A stretch of 64,000 bases of DNA from the NCBI GenBank assembly GCA_030141605.1, contig JAQGDQ010000097.1, positions 62,001 through 126,000 of the forward strand, written 5' to 3'. The notes beneath the pieces were generated by a model. That model was not told the DNA's origin, searched no databases, and was given only the letters and a program-made list of their open reading frames with translations. The translations under genes and the position numbers were made by a program. Below are positions 23,501 to 34,600 of this stretch, piece after piece. Origin of the DNA: Tubiluchus corallicola (taxonomy: Eukaryota; Animalia; Priapulida). Within the stretch, counting starts at the first letter, position 1. The number at the start of each line of letters is the position of its first letter.

Positions 23501-26500
23501 TTTCAAATCACTCTTTATATAACGCGAATTATGCAGAATGTAAACATTATATTGGTTTTAAACAGCTTTTAAATTATAGTATATGTCACATATATTCATT
23601 AAGATGAGGTAATAGCTGAGTGGGCATGTGATGTCCATTAGAAAATGGATGTGTGACCACCAGGAGACCTGCTGCTGGGTGGTTTCACCTGCCTCCAGCT
23701 TTTTATGTTGAGGAGATGTATATGTGTCTTGTTCTCTATCCTATATTGAACGATAACCTCTATAACAAAAACATGTCTATCTAATGCCGAGGAATCCTGT
23801 TGCTTGTACTTTTTTTGATCTGTTATTGTTGTTAAGAATTATTACTGTACACTCAATCCTCATTATAATACCCTCTTTATAATTCCAACCTCACTTAATG
23901 CCAAAATTTTTGGAAAAAAATTATCTGTATTTGTATAAACATGTAGATATTATTGCACCTCGTTATAAAACGAGACTCGCTTAATGCCAACTTTTTTGGA
24001 GAACTAAATTAGGTGGTATAAAGGAATGTGACTATGTTGTTTTGCTACAGATGGCCCGCCACCCCATGGCTCACCTGATACGTGGCCTAACCATGCTAGT
24101 ATTTCCTCGTCAACTTACGCGCCCTCTACAATGTTGGTCGGTGCTGTACCTCAGTTCTCACAGACTACTTCAACGTTTACAAACATGCACCCACCACCTC
24201 CGCACGAAACTGTGGTAAGTGCTGATTTTATTTTAGTTTGAACTAATGCCAATTTTTAATTAGATTCTCGATGAGGGACCTTCTTATCAGTTGTTAAGTA
24301 ATGGTAAATATGAATAGTTGGAAGATTTTTTTGGAAACCCTTTTGAATTGGTTTATTTTCCTATTTTTGATATTTTTGTTGGACTTCTTGCATTGAAGAG
24401 TGTTCATAAGTATCTAATAACTCGATTATAAAAATTGTTTTTTACTACTGGTGTCAATTTTATTTATATTTTTTTCAATTTCTGTTTGCCAGTTAAATTG
24501 ACACAAATTGTGATGCTGTACCTTGCTTACCGACATTAGAAAACTTTGCCTGCGAAAAATTTCTCCAGTAATTATTCTAAAATGGCTGCAGTAACTAGTG
24601 CACAGCATTCAATTTTATGAGTGGTTGGTAATGGTTTGTTGAAGTTTATGCAAAAATACTTGAAGCAAAGATTTTGTGTATTTTTTGTCTGTAATCAAAA
24701 ATAATTAAGGAAATTTGTTTAATCAGGGTTATAGTCCTGAGCAGCTGCTGTCTAGCGGCTTGCCTCCCATGTCATCATTTCGGGGAGGACAGCCTCCTTC
24801 AGCAAACTCCGAATCATCGAGTCAGCGAAACAGTTCTCAGCAAACGGGAGATGCAGTGAGAAACGCTTTAGCATCGGTAAGACATGCAGCACGATGTTAC
24901 TGAACTTTTGTAGTATTTCGATAAGTCAGCACACGTTCATTTGTTTAAACGTTTTTTCTTAATTGCGCAGTTACATTGTTTGATTTTCTTTTCGCCCTAT
25001 TTACATTGCAAATGTTTTTATCGTTGACACGTGTAGAACAGATTTGCAGAGTATACTAACTCGTGTATTCCATTAGCAGCCCCAGTTCTGAAAATTGTCA
25101 CATGGCAAACAGTTGCCTAGTTAAGTTCACATGTGTGCGGTTCGTAAGTTATTAACCTTTTTTTCAAGCACTTGGGCTTATACGAGCTATACTCGCTACA
25201 CAACCATTAGTTTACAAGCCTAGTTATGTGGGAGCAGTGCATACTTGCTAGCAGCATGGCCTAGCGACATTTTGATTGGCACAGCTGGTGAAAGTTTCCT
25301 CATTTGTCTTAGTTGTCTACATCTTACAAAGTGTACTGTTTCATGGAAAGATCTAGAACATACACTACATTAATAACTGCCTACCTTACTTATTTACAAA
25401 ATGCCAGATTTTTTATATAGTTTTCTTTGTAATATTCGTAATATAATAATAATAATAATAATAATAATTATAATAGTAGTACTTTTCTCTATTTTTATTG
25501 TAGTTACACCTTGTATTCTCTTATTGCCACTATGGTGTGACTTTTTAATAAAACCAATTATTTATTTTTTATATTTATTCAAAATTATTGTTTCATGTTC
25601 CCTTAACAATTTATTTGCAGTTGTTCATATCTAATTAGCGGTTTCACTTGACCGATTATGACGTACACGGGTTATTGCAATTTCGATAACATTTAATTTA
25701 TTCGGAGATGTTGAGATTGACACTTATGCGAAACCTAGATATTTACATTCTGTTGTCTTATTTATAAAAAAAGAACCAGTTGCTTTGTTGTTTTTAGAGA
25801 ATTAAAGAAATTTTTATCGATGTTTCAGATATATTCAGCAGAACCGACCAGTACTAATTTTTCCTCAAATCCTTCCACACCTGTGAGCAGTCCCGCACCA
25901 ATGTCAGGTAAATTGCTGCAAGTTTCGTAATATCATTTAAAAAAAATTAGGATTTGTGTTTCGTGGTTTTTGCCTTTAATCAGTTTTCAGGGGTTGGCAG
26001 TTTTCTAATATTAGCTCCAGCCAGCTCCGTTGAAAACCAATAAAATCATTTTGTGTTCTTCAAGAAGAATTTGTGTTTTTCCGTAGCCCAGCTCATTAAA
26101 TTTTCAGTATTTGAAGATTTTGTGAAATGCAATTTAATTATCTACTTTTCTAATGGCATTTTACTCAGTTTTTATTGTGAGCAGTTTTTAAACTGGTATT
26201 CCATTGTGTGGATACATGTAGCAGTTTCATTTAAGTTAATTTCTTTCCAGCTTGGGACCTGTCAAGTTTTCGTACAATTTGTTAGATATTTTAGTTATAT
26301 ATAACAATGATTGCATTATTATTTAAATTCATGTTACCGTTGTTTGCTTTTTTTGCAGGTGCCGCATGGCCGACTCGACCCCCTACTTCCTCTTCTCCTC
26401 GTTATGGGGAAAGTCATTTACATTCTCTAGTGAGTATCTTTTAATTTGTATTTCCAGAATTTGTAAAATTTTGTAGAAACAGATAATAACTTGGTGTACT

Positions 26501-29500
26501 ATGTATTTAACAGTCTTTTACACTTTTTCTCTATTTCACATTCAATGTTATTTTTTGCAGCAAAGTCGCATGGAGGAGCGATTAGATGATGCCATCCACG
26601 TCCTGCGGAACCATGCCGAGGGGGCGCCACTCTCTTTGCCACCGACTCACATACCTGGCATGCAGATCGTGCCATCTGCACATTCCAATGGAATCTTGGG
26701 CAGCATGGGAGCGATGCCGGGCTATCTCTCAGGACCATTAGATTCTCAATTGGTAGGTTGAATGCATGTGTGGGAAGTGAGTGGTGCCATCTGTTACCGG
26801 CTTTGTAAATTAGCAGAGCTATAAACCTTGCTACAACGATTTAAAAGTCAATAAATAAATATGGCTTAATTTGTTTTTCTTTGTACGTTGGTGGTTCCCA
26901 AATGCGATTGGCTTCATTTCTAAATTGAGTGCAACTATTTCGAGTGCAAGTTCTGGGAAAATCATGTCTGAAACATTGTTAACATTTAGCTCACAGTTAA
27001 AAAACAATGGAAATTCCAGTGCATATATGAATGAGTGAGTGAGTGAGTGAAGACCTTTGCATGTGTTAAATTATTCGTTTGAAGATTTGCAAAACATCAT
27101 TGCAAATTTACCCTCTGTTCCAGACTGATTCACGCTCAATTCACAATGATCAAGGCAAACGGCAAGTCCTTCCTGATACAAGTATGTTTTTTCTCTACTC
27201 ACTTGTTCTAACTTGTAGATATTGGTTATTTAGTAATAAGTAGACGCATAATCAAGGATGATAGCCCTAGCTTATTTTTAATGGTTCAGCCCTTGTGATT
27301 GCTTATGTGGTCTTTTAATTTTACATGTACAAGTTAGATTTGTTTTTGCCATATTTAATTAACATTATTTAAAGCCCAGGAGATTTGAGAGTAACAGGTC
27401 TAGTTTGCATGGGAATTTAGGATTTGTCACCGTCAGTTTAGTATTTTCTGCTAAAGGTATTTCACTATTGATTATTCATATCGAAAAATAGCCATGGCCT
27501 TTTACACGTAAAAATATTTACGTTCAAGTGCTGGTTAATGTGTGTAAAAACTTGCAAAAAATGTTCCAATATATAAATATGATTCACGGTTTCATGGTTT
27601 CACGCAGTAATGGATGCCGAATCTATTAAAAAAAATTAAACTTTGTGTTTAATCGGATTTGCTAATGTCATACTCAGTCTATTTGCACAGCTATGTTATG
27701 GTTGCTCTTAAATGTAGTAAAGATGTCGTTTTCTGTGTAACGTTTATGTTTCTTGTTGTCCCAAAGTTATATTGAAGAAAATCGTGATTATTATTTCTTG
27801 TGTTCTATCAGGTTTAGAAAAGACTGACGCCACCACAATTCAGTGCAAGGCATTGGTGTGAAGGTGGAAAAAATTGAAATTAAGCCAAATATTGAACCAC
27901 TAATAGATGCGACTACGAAAAAGGAAGCAACTTCCACATCGTCCACAACTTCCAGTAAGAAGCGATTACGCAGGTATGTTAGCAAATATCAGATATTTTA
28001 AGTTTTGTGACAAAGTTCAAAAGGATTTTAGATTTCTCCCAAGAAAGTAGTTTATTGAATAACATATTTCAAATAAAATTGTTTGACATCGAGCTGCTAA
28101 AATTATGATTTTGCTTAATTAGTTTGTTGTTACATTTCTATTCCAGTTTCAGTGCATTTTTATTTACCAATACATTTTTTCCATAGCGGTAGTGCGAGTG
28201 GGGGAGCTGGTACCGATGACGATGATACGATTGACGTCCCCTTAAAAGCTGAAAAAGAGCGAGAAAGACGGCATGCCAATAATGCAAGAGAAAGGTACAA
28301 ACAAAACTGTTTTAGAGATTTGGTGGTAATTCCACTGCCTTCACTTTTGTAATTTACTTGCTTTTGTTAGTAGACTATAAGCATTTTGAGTTATTACTGT
28401 TGTGAATTTTTTTTTTGCTTATGTAATGACTAGAATTTGCTGGTATCAGCATAGTGTAACTAATCAGTGTGGGAAAGTTTACTTCAAATGCAAAAGTTTT
28501 TTCTAGCTTTGAACAAAAAACACTACGTGGAGCCTTAGCGTACATTCGACTGTTGGTGGTTACGGTGTGCCATGGTGGAGTGTTTCGCAGCAGAGTACCT
28601 GCATACTCCACCAAGGTACATGCCTCCTAGGTACACTCTGCCGAGGTACATTTCGCAACATTACATGGCGACCACAGACAAGTTGAATGCGCACAAAGTT
28701 TCCACATAGTGTTCACTTGATTTTATTCATCAAACAACATTATGCACTTTTGACTAACTGCTTTGAAGCAGATGATCCACAATAGAATAGTGAGCTATAA
28801 ATTTTCTAAGCCTCTTTCTAACATGACTTATTTACTTGTCTGCACTTCACAGGTGCTAACTAAATACACAGTTACACGTGTTTCAACTGATTTAAACAAA
28901 AAATTACAAAAAACGTATTTCACAAATATTTCCATGTCAGTCAATTCTACCGTGCAAAAGAGTCGATGATGGAACAAATTCACTGTATTTAACTTATACA
29001 CCTCTTTCCCGGGTACAAAGAATTGGCCATACAAAGACTGGCAAAAATGTGCAGTCATTTCAAAAACGTATCAACGTCTACGAGAAACAGCGCTATTGAG
29101 TCCACAACACAGAAGAAGCATCGCTTCGCAGCATAACTTTACGCAGTAATAGTTCCTAGTATTATCTATTTTTTTTCAAGTAATGAACTTTCTTAAGGCA
29201 ACAATAGTAGGATAATTATCTCGGAAAACGAAGCAGTTTTATCAATTGGAACTTGATAATCAATTTTATCAATTGCCAACCAGAAAAAATTAACTGCAAT
29301 TGCATTTTGCGCTGTTTCTATTCAAGCATTTGATAAGCTGTTGCGGGTGGGATTAGTGATCGCATTGGTTGCATTGATTGGTTGTTAATGATTGCAAACT
29401 GGATTGGTTGTTAATGCATGCAAACCAGATGCATGTAATATGTTACCTAGTGATGAATGTCAGACCATTAAAGTGCAAACAGGGATTACCATCATTTGCT

Positions 29501-31629
29501 AATTTTTTGTATCCTCATGCAACAAGCTCGTTTATTTCTTAACTTGCCCCACACTTCAATTTTTTTCCAGGAATTGTATTGCCACCTTCTGGCATAGTTT
29601 GAAAATCACTCATTGTGGTTTACAGAACAAGTGTGACAAGCATGTATTATTTGCAGGATACGAGTTCGTGATATTAACGAGGCATTTAAAGAGTTGGGGA
29701 AAATGTGCCATATGCACTTAGCGAGTGACAAACCGCAAACCAAACTTAGTATTTTACATCAAGCTGTGTCCGTTATTACAAGCTTGGAACAAAAAGTTAG
29801 AGGTATGTTATACATGCTGTATGTTGTTATTGTCCATTTTGTCAGCATGGTTTTCATGCACAGACAGTACAGTGGAGTATAAGAGTCAAACAAATTTATT
29901 TAAATCGGTCTTCAAGTAGCAACTACTTACTAAGTGAATTGTTTACAACATTTTCATATCATGGAATGGGAATTAAGTTTGTAGTAAGTGCAAAAATACT
30001 CGTAGTATTTTCTGTGGCACAGTATGTCATACTTGCTTTATGTGCTGTATTAAGGCCAAGGCCAAATTGAATAGCACCTTTCAAATATGGCTGAACCTCG
30101 TTATGCCACCCCTCGTTATAATGCCAGCCTTAATGTAATGCCGACTTTTGGCTTATTCATATTGTTGTATTAAGGCCAAGGCCAAATGGAATACTACCTC
30201 TTAAATATAAGATTTCTGTACAGACTATATTAGCAATTTATCTATGCTTTTTATTTGAATTTAGAACGAAACTTGAATCCAAAAGCTGCTTGTCTAAAAC
30301 GACGCGAGGAGGAGAAGACAGTCGACGATCATGCTAAAAACTTAGTCCCTCCCAATGCCACACAATTGGATGCCTTGCAGGTGGTGAGTTGGTTTGAAGA
30401 AATTTGTTTTTTTTTGTATGTGAAAGCAAAACTAGTGAAACTGTTTAGTAATACTACTTTCATAGCACTGCCAGACACTTTTGTGATCAAATTGCCAGAT
30501 TCTACTAGAAAATGCTGTTATTTTAACGGCCCAGTATATAGATGAATGGCTTTAGGGATTAATAGTTGTAGCAAAGAGATTTGTTAATAATATTGCAGAA
30601 ACTACTGTTCACTTCTTCAGATTTATAGTATTGTATTATTCATGAATCTGTGTATTTAAACTTTCTCTTTGTATTCCAGTATATTGTAGAATATTTTGCT
30701 GTGTAAGTTTACTAGTTTCCAGGCTGTAAGGCCAGGACCAGATTATGACCCCAGGAGGACCTAAGCACTAAAAAGATGTGGTACCCCCATATCCATATGT
30801 GTGTAATTCAGAATAAAAATGTATTCGAAGCTGAAAACTGAAATTCTATCCTTCGAAATGAAAAAAAATTGTAGTAAGTTTTATTTACAGAAAAATGGTA
30901 GGGCAGTCAAAGCAGCATTATCCAGTTTTCAGTATCGCCTCATGTTTAAAAGCATTGCCACAATTGAAATATATTATGAAACGCTTTACATATAATCAAT
31001 CAGTGTCATCATATGGGCAGCAAGCCGCTCAGGCAGCTCAGTGGCCAGAATCTCGATGCCCTTCCATACTGTCATATAATAAACAAACACAGAAACTGCC
31101 ACACATATTCCGGTATACTTTATTTTTGGGTAGTTATTCGATTTGAATAAACTCTGCAGGAATCCTTTTCCCCTGAGGTGCTAAGCACCTGCTTAATGAT
31201 TAATTTAGGGTTGTATAAGGCAACAACTATGTTTTTGCGTGGTCCACTATTTTGCACTATTGAGCTAAATATTTCTTTTGATCAATATTACTGCTTTACA
31301 CTTGCCTGCAGAGGCAGCAATTGACCACAATTTCGCATAACACGAAAAGATGTGCAACAAGCTTGTCCCCAATTACACTGTGAGTTGTATTTGTTGTTGG
31401 TAAACTTGCTGAAAAAACAGTCTTGGTTTTTGCTCATTATTTATGCAAGTTTTTTCAGATGAATATCTAATAAGAAGAATGTTTATTATAACATTGCAGC
31501 ACGGGGTGTGGTGACATTGCACGATGGGGGTGCGTGCGTTCCACGCTCGTTATTTGTTTTAATGAGATTTTATTGTTTGTTTTTTAGATGCCGTCTCATC
31601 CTGCCATGCATCCAGCGCACATGAACTGA
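5504..31629 (+). CDS. TCF12: Class I bHLH E-protein (daughterless / TCF12-TCF4-TCF3 family), 19 coding exons, ~616-627 aa
   Basis: Exons: 5504-5557, 7150-7228, 8394-8455, 8737-8812, 9120-9190, 11293-11410, 12082-12119, 23155-23248, 24051-24214, 24727-24876, 25829-25907, 26359-26429, 26561-26752, 27124-27181, 27844(or 27812)-27973, 28187-28294, 29657-29802, 30265-30383, 31588-31629. Family motifs: [12 protein letters not shown]|MFSPP (AD1), [49 protein letters not shown] (AD2), [25 protein letters not shown]...QVR-like, [18 protein letters not shown]. Confidence 0.95.
7150..7228 (+). CDS. TCF12: E-protein exon 2 ([11 protein letters not shown]...)
   Basis: tgcag acceptor, gtgag donor, conserved MFSPPV, phase 0 to 1. 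Confidence 0.9.
7600..7986 (+). mobile_element. Partial copy of a Kolobok-like MITE
   Basis: Similar to 19790-20166 (gaactgagaagtac.gcacctgttttttgtgc), ends ccggttttcct-ttaa. Confidence 0.7.
8394..8455 (+). CDS. TCF12: E-protein exon 3
   Basis: ttttag/gtaag boundaries, phase 1 to 0, [21 protein letters not shown]. Confidence 0.75.
8737..8812 (+). CDS. TCF12: E-protein exon 4
   Basis: tttcag/gtaat boundaries; YDTLSPF resembles vertebrate HDNLSPPF. Confidence 0.8.
9120..9190 (+). CDS. TCF12: E-protein exon 5
   Basis: acag/gtaag boundaries, phase 1 to 0, [24 protein letters not shown]. Confidence 0.8.
11293..11410 (+). CDS. TCF12: E-protein exon 6
   Basis: ttttcag/gtagg boundaries; [11 protein letters not shown]...TRRRRL resembles the vertebrate SP..KP..Y...RRRPL NLS region. 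Confidence 0.85.
11534..11932. mobile_element. Probable Helentron-associated non-autonomous element
   Basis: aactagaa start, internal microsatellite (cca/aca), terminal ggatcc...ggatcg palindrome; related end at ~22305-22330. Confidence 0.35.
12082..12119 (+). CDS. TCF12: E-protein exon 7 ([13 protein letters not shown])
   Basis: ttttag/gtaagt boundaries, restores phase 0, basic second half of the NLS. Confidence 0.75.
12450..12600 (+). mobile_element. tRNA-derived SINE copy
   Basis: ttgtaagcagaagatccctagttcaaatccag (B-box) plus a body shared with 58580-58720. Confidence 0.65.
12731..12827. repeat. 47-bp tandem duplication (2 copies)
   Basis: actaccttgtactgtatgtctgag.ctgcagtgt.catgaaagttaa twice. 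Confidence 0.9.
19547..20162. mobile_element. Complete Kolobok-like MITE with TTAA TSD
   Basis: TTAA|AGGAAAACAGGA ... TCCTGTTTTCCT|TTAA: perfect 12-bp TIR, purine-purine start, TTAA duplication. Confidence 0.85.
21940..22220. repeat. Degenerate ~41-bp minisatellite (~6-7 copies)
   Basis: Unit approx ttaggcagactataagcaatatgatagttgtatcagttgtg, starting near 21947, 22001, 22042, 22083, 22127, 22167. Confidence 0.8.
22645..22868 (+). repeat. ~220-bp direct repeat, copy 1
   Basis: Aligns with 24490-24718 (gacacaaattgtgatg...cagtaactagtgca...aaaaatacttgaag..aagattttgtg...gtctgtaatcaaaa). Confidence 0.85.
23155..23248 (+). CDS. TCF12: E-protein exon 8 (VYSGSEEF...YTSPKP...SYFL)
   Basis: ttttcag/gtaat boundaries, homologous to vertebrate VYAPS...YPSPKP...FF. 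Confidence 0.9.
23846..24036. mobile_element. pogo/Tigger-like MITE remnant
   Basis: Repeated ctcgttataa and ctc.cttaatgccaa motifs; related fragments at ~30090-30150 and, in reverse, 49400-49460 (gcgaggtttgactgta). Confidence 0.5.
24051..24214 (+). CDS. TCF12: E-protein exon 9
   Basis: ctacag/gtaagt boundaries, [12 protein letters not shown]...[11 protein letters not shown]. Confidence 0.9.
24490..24718 (+). repeat. ~220-bp direct repeat, copy 2, abutting the exon 10 acceptor
   Basis: See copy 1. Confidence 0.85.
24727..24876 (+). CDS. TCF12: E-protein exon 10 ([19 protein letters not shown])
   Basis: aatcag/gtaag boundaries, conserved motifs. Confidence 0.9.
25829..25907 (+). CDS. TCF12: E-protein exon 11 (IYS...[12 protein letters not shown])
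   Basis: tttcag/gtaaa boundaries, strongly conserved motif. Confidence 0.93.
26359..26429 (+). CDS. TCF12: E-protein exon 12 (...[12 protein letters not shown])
   Basis: ttgcag/gtgagt boundaries, matches vertebrate W...SP.YE..LHSL. Confidence 0.9.
26561..26752 (+). CDS. TCF12: E-protein exon 13 (AD2, [19 protein letters not shown])
   Basis: ttgcag/gtagg boundaries, signature AD2 loop-helix. Confidence 0.95.
27124..27181 (+). CDS. TCF12: E-protein exon 14
   Basis: ttccag/gtatg boundaries, open in phase 0 to 1, low sequence conservation. Confidence 0.65.
27844..27973 (+). CDS. TCF12: E-protein exon 15 ([11 protein letters not shown]...SKKRLR); 5' boundary uncertain
   Basis: Donor gtatg at 27974 in phase 2. 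Acceptor is either 27843 (in frame) or 27811 (needs a 1-nt indel). Confidence 0.65.
28187..28294 (+). CDS. TCF12: E-protein exon 16 (acidic linker plus basic region [16 protein letters not shown])
   Basis: ccatag/gtac boundaries, E-protein basic region. Confidence 0.95.
29657..29802 (+). CDS. TCF12: E-protein exon 17 (HLH: [18 protein letters not shown]...[22 protein letters not shown])
   Basis: ttgcag/gtatg boundaries, class I HLH. Confidence 0.97.
30265..30383 (+). CDS. TCF12: E-protein exon 18 ([18 protein letters not shown])
   Basis: tttag acceptor, gtgagt donor at 30384, invariant C domain. Confidence 0.95.
31588..31629 (+). CDS. TCF12: E-protein last coding exon ([13 protein letters not shown])
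   Basis: Long U-tract acceptor, phase 0; ending resembles vertebrate HP...GHM*. Confidence 0.8.
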   Translation: MPSHPAMHPAHMN

Positions 31630-34600
31630 CATCAAGCTTGGCCGTGTTCGCCTTCAAAACTACTTGCCAAACACTGTGAACGTATTAGCTACTGATCAAG
31701 GTTGTGTGCGCGTGAGAATGTGTGTGTTGATATGTATGTACAAGTGTACATAGTTGCGCGCGCGCGTGTGTGTGTGTGTGTGTGTGAAGGTGTGATTGTG
31801 TGTACGTCATATATTGTTGACATGTGGTCGACGCAAGTGTCTGTGTTGGCCTGCATGTTATGAAATGTTAACATATCTACATTAACTGTTGCTTACATGA
31901 TAATTATTATACTTATGTACATTGTATTTTTAATGGCAGTTTTCTGCCTTGTATTTGTTGTGAACAATGTGAGATATGTTGTGTGCACTTAAGCTTTAAT
32001 GGTTACAAGTTCTTTTCCAGTCCCCAATCACGCTTTCTACTTACTGTAATTCACTTACTTGGTTGTAAAAATCTGAATAATTGTGCTATTTTATTCATTT
32101 ACGAACATTTGTAATATTTCTTTCTTGGGATGTGAATCAATTTTTAGTGACAGGGTCAATTTTATGACGTATTTTGACGTCATATTTTGTCACTGCTAGC
32201 TTATATGTGGTTGTTAAAAAGAATGGCAGGAATGTAAGGTCCAGTCCTGCATCCACGCATTTTAAGAAACTTTTTAGAAGGATGAAGCATATGTTTACCT
32301 GGTAGTGTGCATGTTAGCTGGTCTACTGACATACTAAGGTATATAATTCTGTGCCACGCAGTTTTTGCAAGAGCGCTTAGAGCGGCCTCGTTTCGACGTT
32401 TCTACATTTTTATTTCCACGTTCTATTCGGACAGTAGTTGAGTGATGCATATCATCGCTTAAAATGATCACTTTGTAATTGAATTTGAACGTGACTTGAT
32501 TAGGTTTTTCCTGCACATCTTGCACTATTGATTTTGCATGAGTGCTGTTGCTACTAAATTACTGAATTGTCATTGCGACTTGTTAATTATGTATTACTGT
32601 ATCCTAGTGCATTTATCATGGCCATTCTGAAAGCATACATTGCGCATATTCTCGCCATTTGGTTATCGTTATTGGGCTTTTTGCGACATTTAGTAGGAAA
32701 TCCCGGTCGAGGGCGTTTTGCCCTATTTGTCTACAGACGACTTGGAAACATTTTGAAGTTAGTTGGTTTTGTTGTTTGTTTTACTTCTCTAGGTTGGAAT
32801 CTCAAGATTAGAGCATAGATGATGACTAGAACATCATGTTTCTACAATTTTAACGAATTGGTGTTAAAATAGTTGTTAGTGAAAATTTTCATATTAATTC
32901 TACCAAATTAGTGCTTCATATGGTCAAAATCTGTTTTTCAAATACTATAATTTTTGTGCCAATTCAGGTGTTGTTGTCTAATATAAGTTATGATACTTAA
33001 TTAATTATTTTGATGCAGTGAAAAGACATATGACAGTGTTTTCGGAGTCCAGTAATGTTTGGTCTACCTTTGTTCTCATGTTACTGTTTAAATCAGAATA
33101 TAATCTTGTTTTAAGCTAGCATTAGTTAAATCATAACGACAACATGTCTGGTACGTGTTCCGGGTATGCCAGTATTAATGAGATGTGTTCTACGCATGCA
33201 TTTTTCGTGTTTTCATTTGAATCGTGACAGAGTTAAGTCTGATTTGCTGGTGCACATTTTGTGTTGGTGTAACATCCAACTCAGCCGAATAACATTTTAT
33301 AATTGATTGTACATTGATGTTTGAAAAGCATTGTTGTTTCTCGAGCGTGTTTACATTTTACGTATATGTCGAAGATTCTATTTTACTATGAAGTATTTGT
33401 TAGGTATAAGTAGCTGTCAGCTAGCACACGATTATACATATTGTATATTTTATTTGAAATGCCGCTATTTGTAGTGTAGGCGATAGGTATTTTATTGAGA
33501 AGTTACTGCATTGCTGTTATGTTGAAATATTTTCTGCACTAGTTTGTGAGTTTTTGATGATTAGATGGCTAGGTTTGTAAGCGCTTGCAAAGTTTTGTTA
33601 TACACATGTATTTTGCTCATTGTTGAGTCTCGTATAAATGGCCAATTCATGCTGCTAATTTTTTAGTCAAAACCCAAAAGCACAGGCATTGTTTAAAGGA
33701 AAACTGTACCTAGTTTTATACCACAGATAAAAGTAATTTACAATTTAAAGTATTTGACATACAGTTGCACACGAGTACTAATATTGTCTTAGATTTTCAA
33801 ACCTATCATTGGAAAATTGTACTGCTGCTTTTGCATAGCATCTAGTTTCTTAGCTAAGGTTTAAGTTTTATAAAAATATTTTACCTAGTATTGGTAAATA
33901 TTGTAACTAACAGAACGTAAATTTTATTATACTATAGATTAAAATATGCTGTGGATAAAAATCACCTTGTATTTCTTTAGTTAGCAACTCCAGCAGATGG
34001 ATTTGCTAAGTGGTAGAAGAAAAAGTAGCAAAAGCAATAGACTAGTTATGGACAGCATGGATTGGCCATGAGTATTCAATGGCTGTTGTGAACCATGTTT
34101 AACCAAGAATTACATTATGTTTTTGTCAAATTGCACGTAATGTAATAACTGGTAGATGATGGTTATGATGGCTCTTTATTGTACATAGGCCTAAAAGTTG
34201 AAGTAATGCTTGTAAAACTGCAGTCTGGATAGTTATATTTTCTTGTTTGATAATGATCGCAGTAATAATGGTAGATTTCTTTGGTAGTTCTGTTGATTAG
34301 GCTTTCTTTATATTTATTGTGTTAATAATGGTCATTGTCGAACAAGCAAATGTGGCAATCTTGACACCGTAATTTTATTATTTTTGCACATGCGCTGCAT
34401 TTTTTTTATGAGAATTGTTAGCTGAGAGTTTTGAATGGTGATTGCGCTAATGACTGTCCTCGTGTTTGCATGTCAGTGTCGACATGTGTTGTCATTTTAT
34501 ACAAAATAACTGTATATTTTACGATCTCAGACAGAACAAAGTTCTGCAATTGAATTATTATGATGACGTGTGTGTAAATTATTAGAGCTCTTGCTTATGA

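Noticed and set aside
28295-30264. Duplicated, mutually exclusive bHLH exons (E12/E47-like)
   Set aside because: No second basic or HLH-coding segment was seen in these introns.
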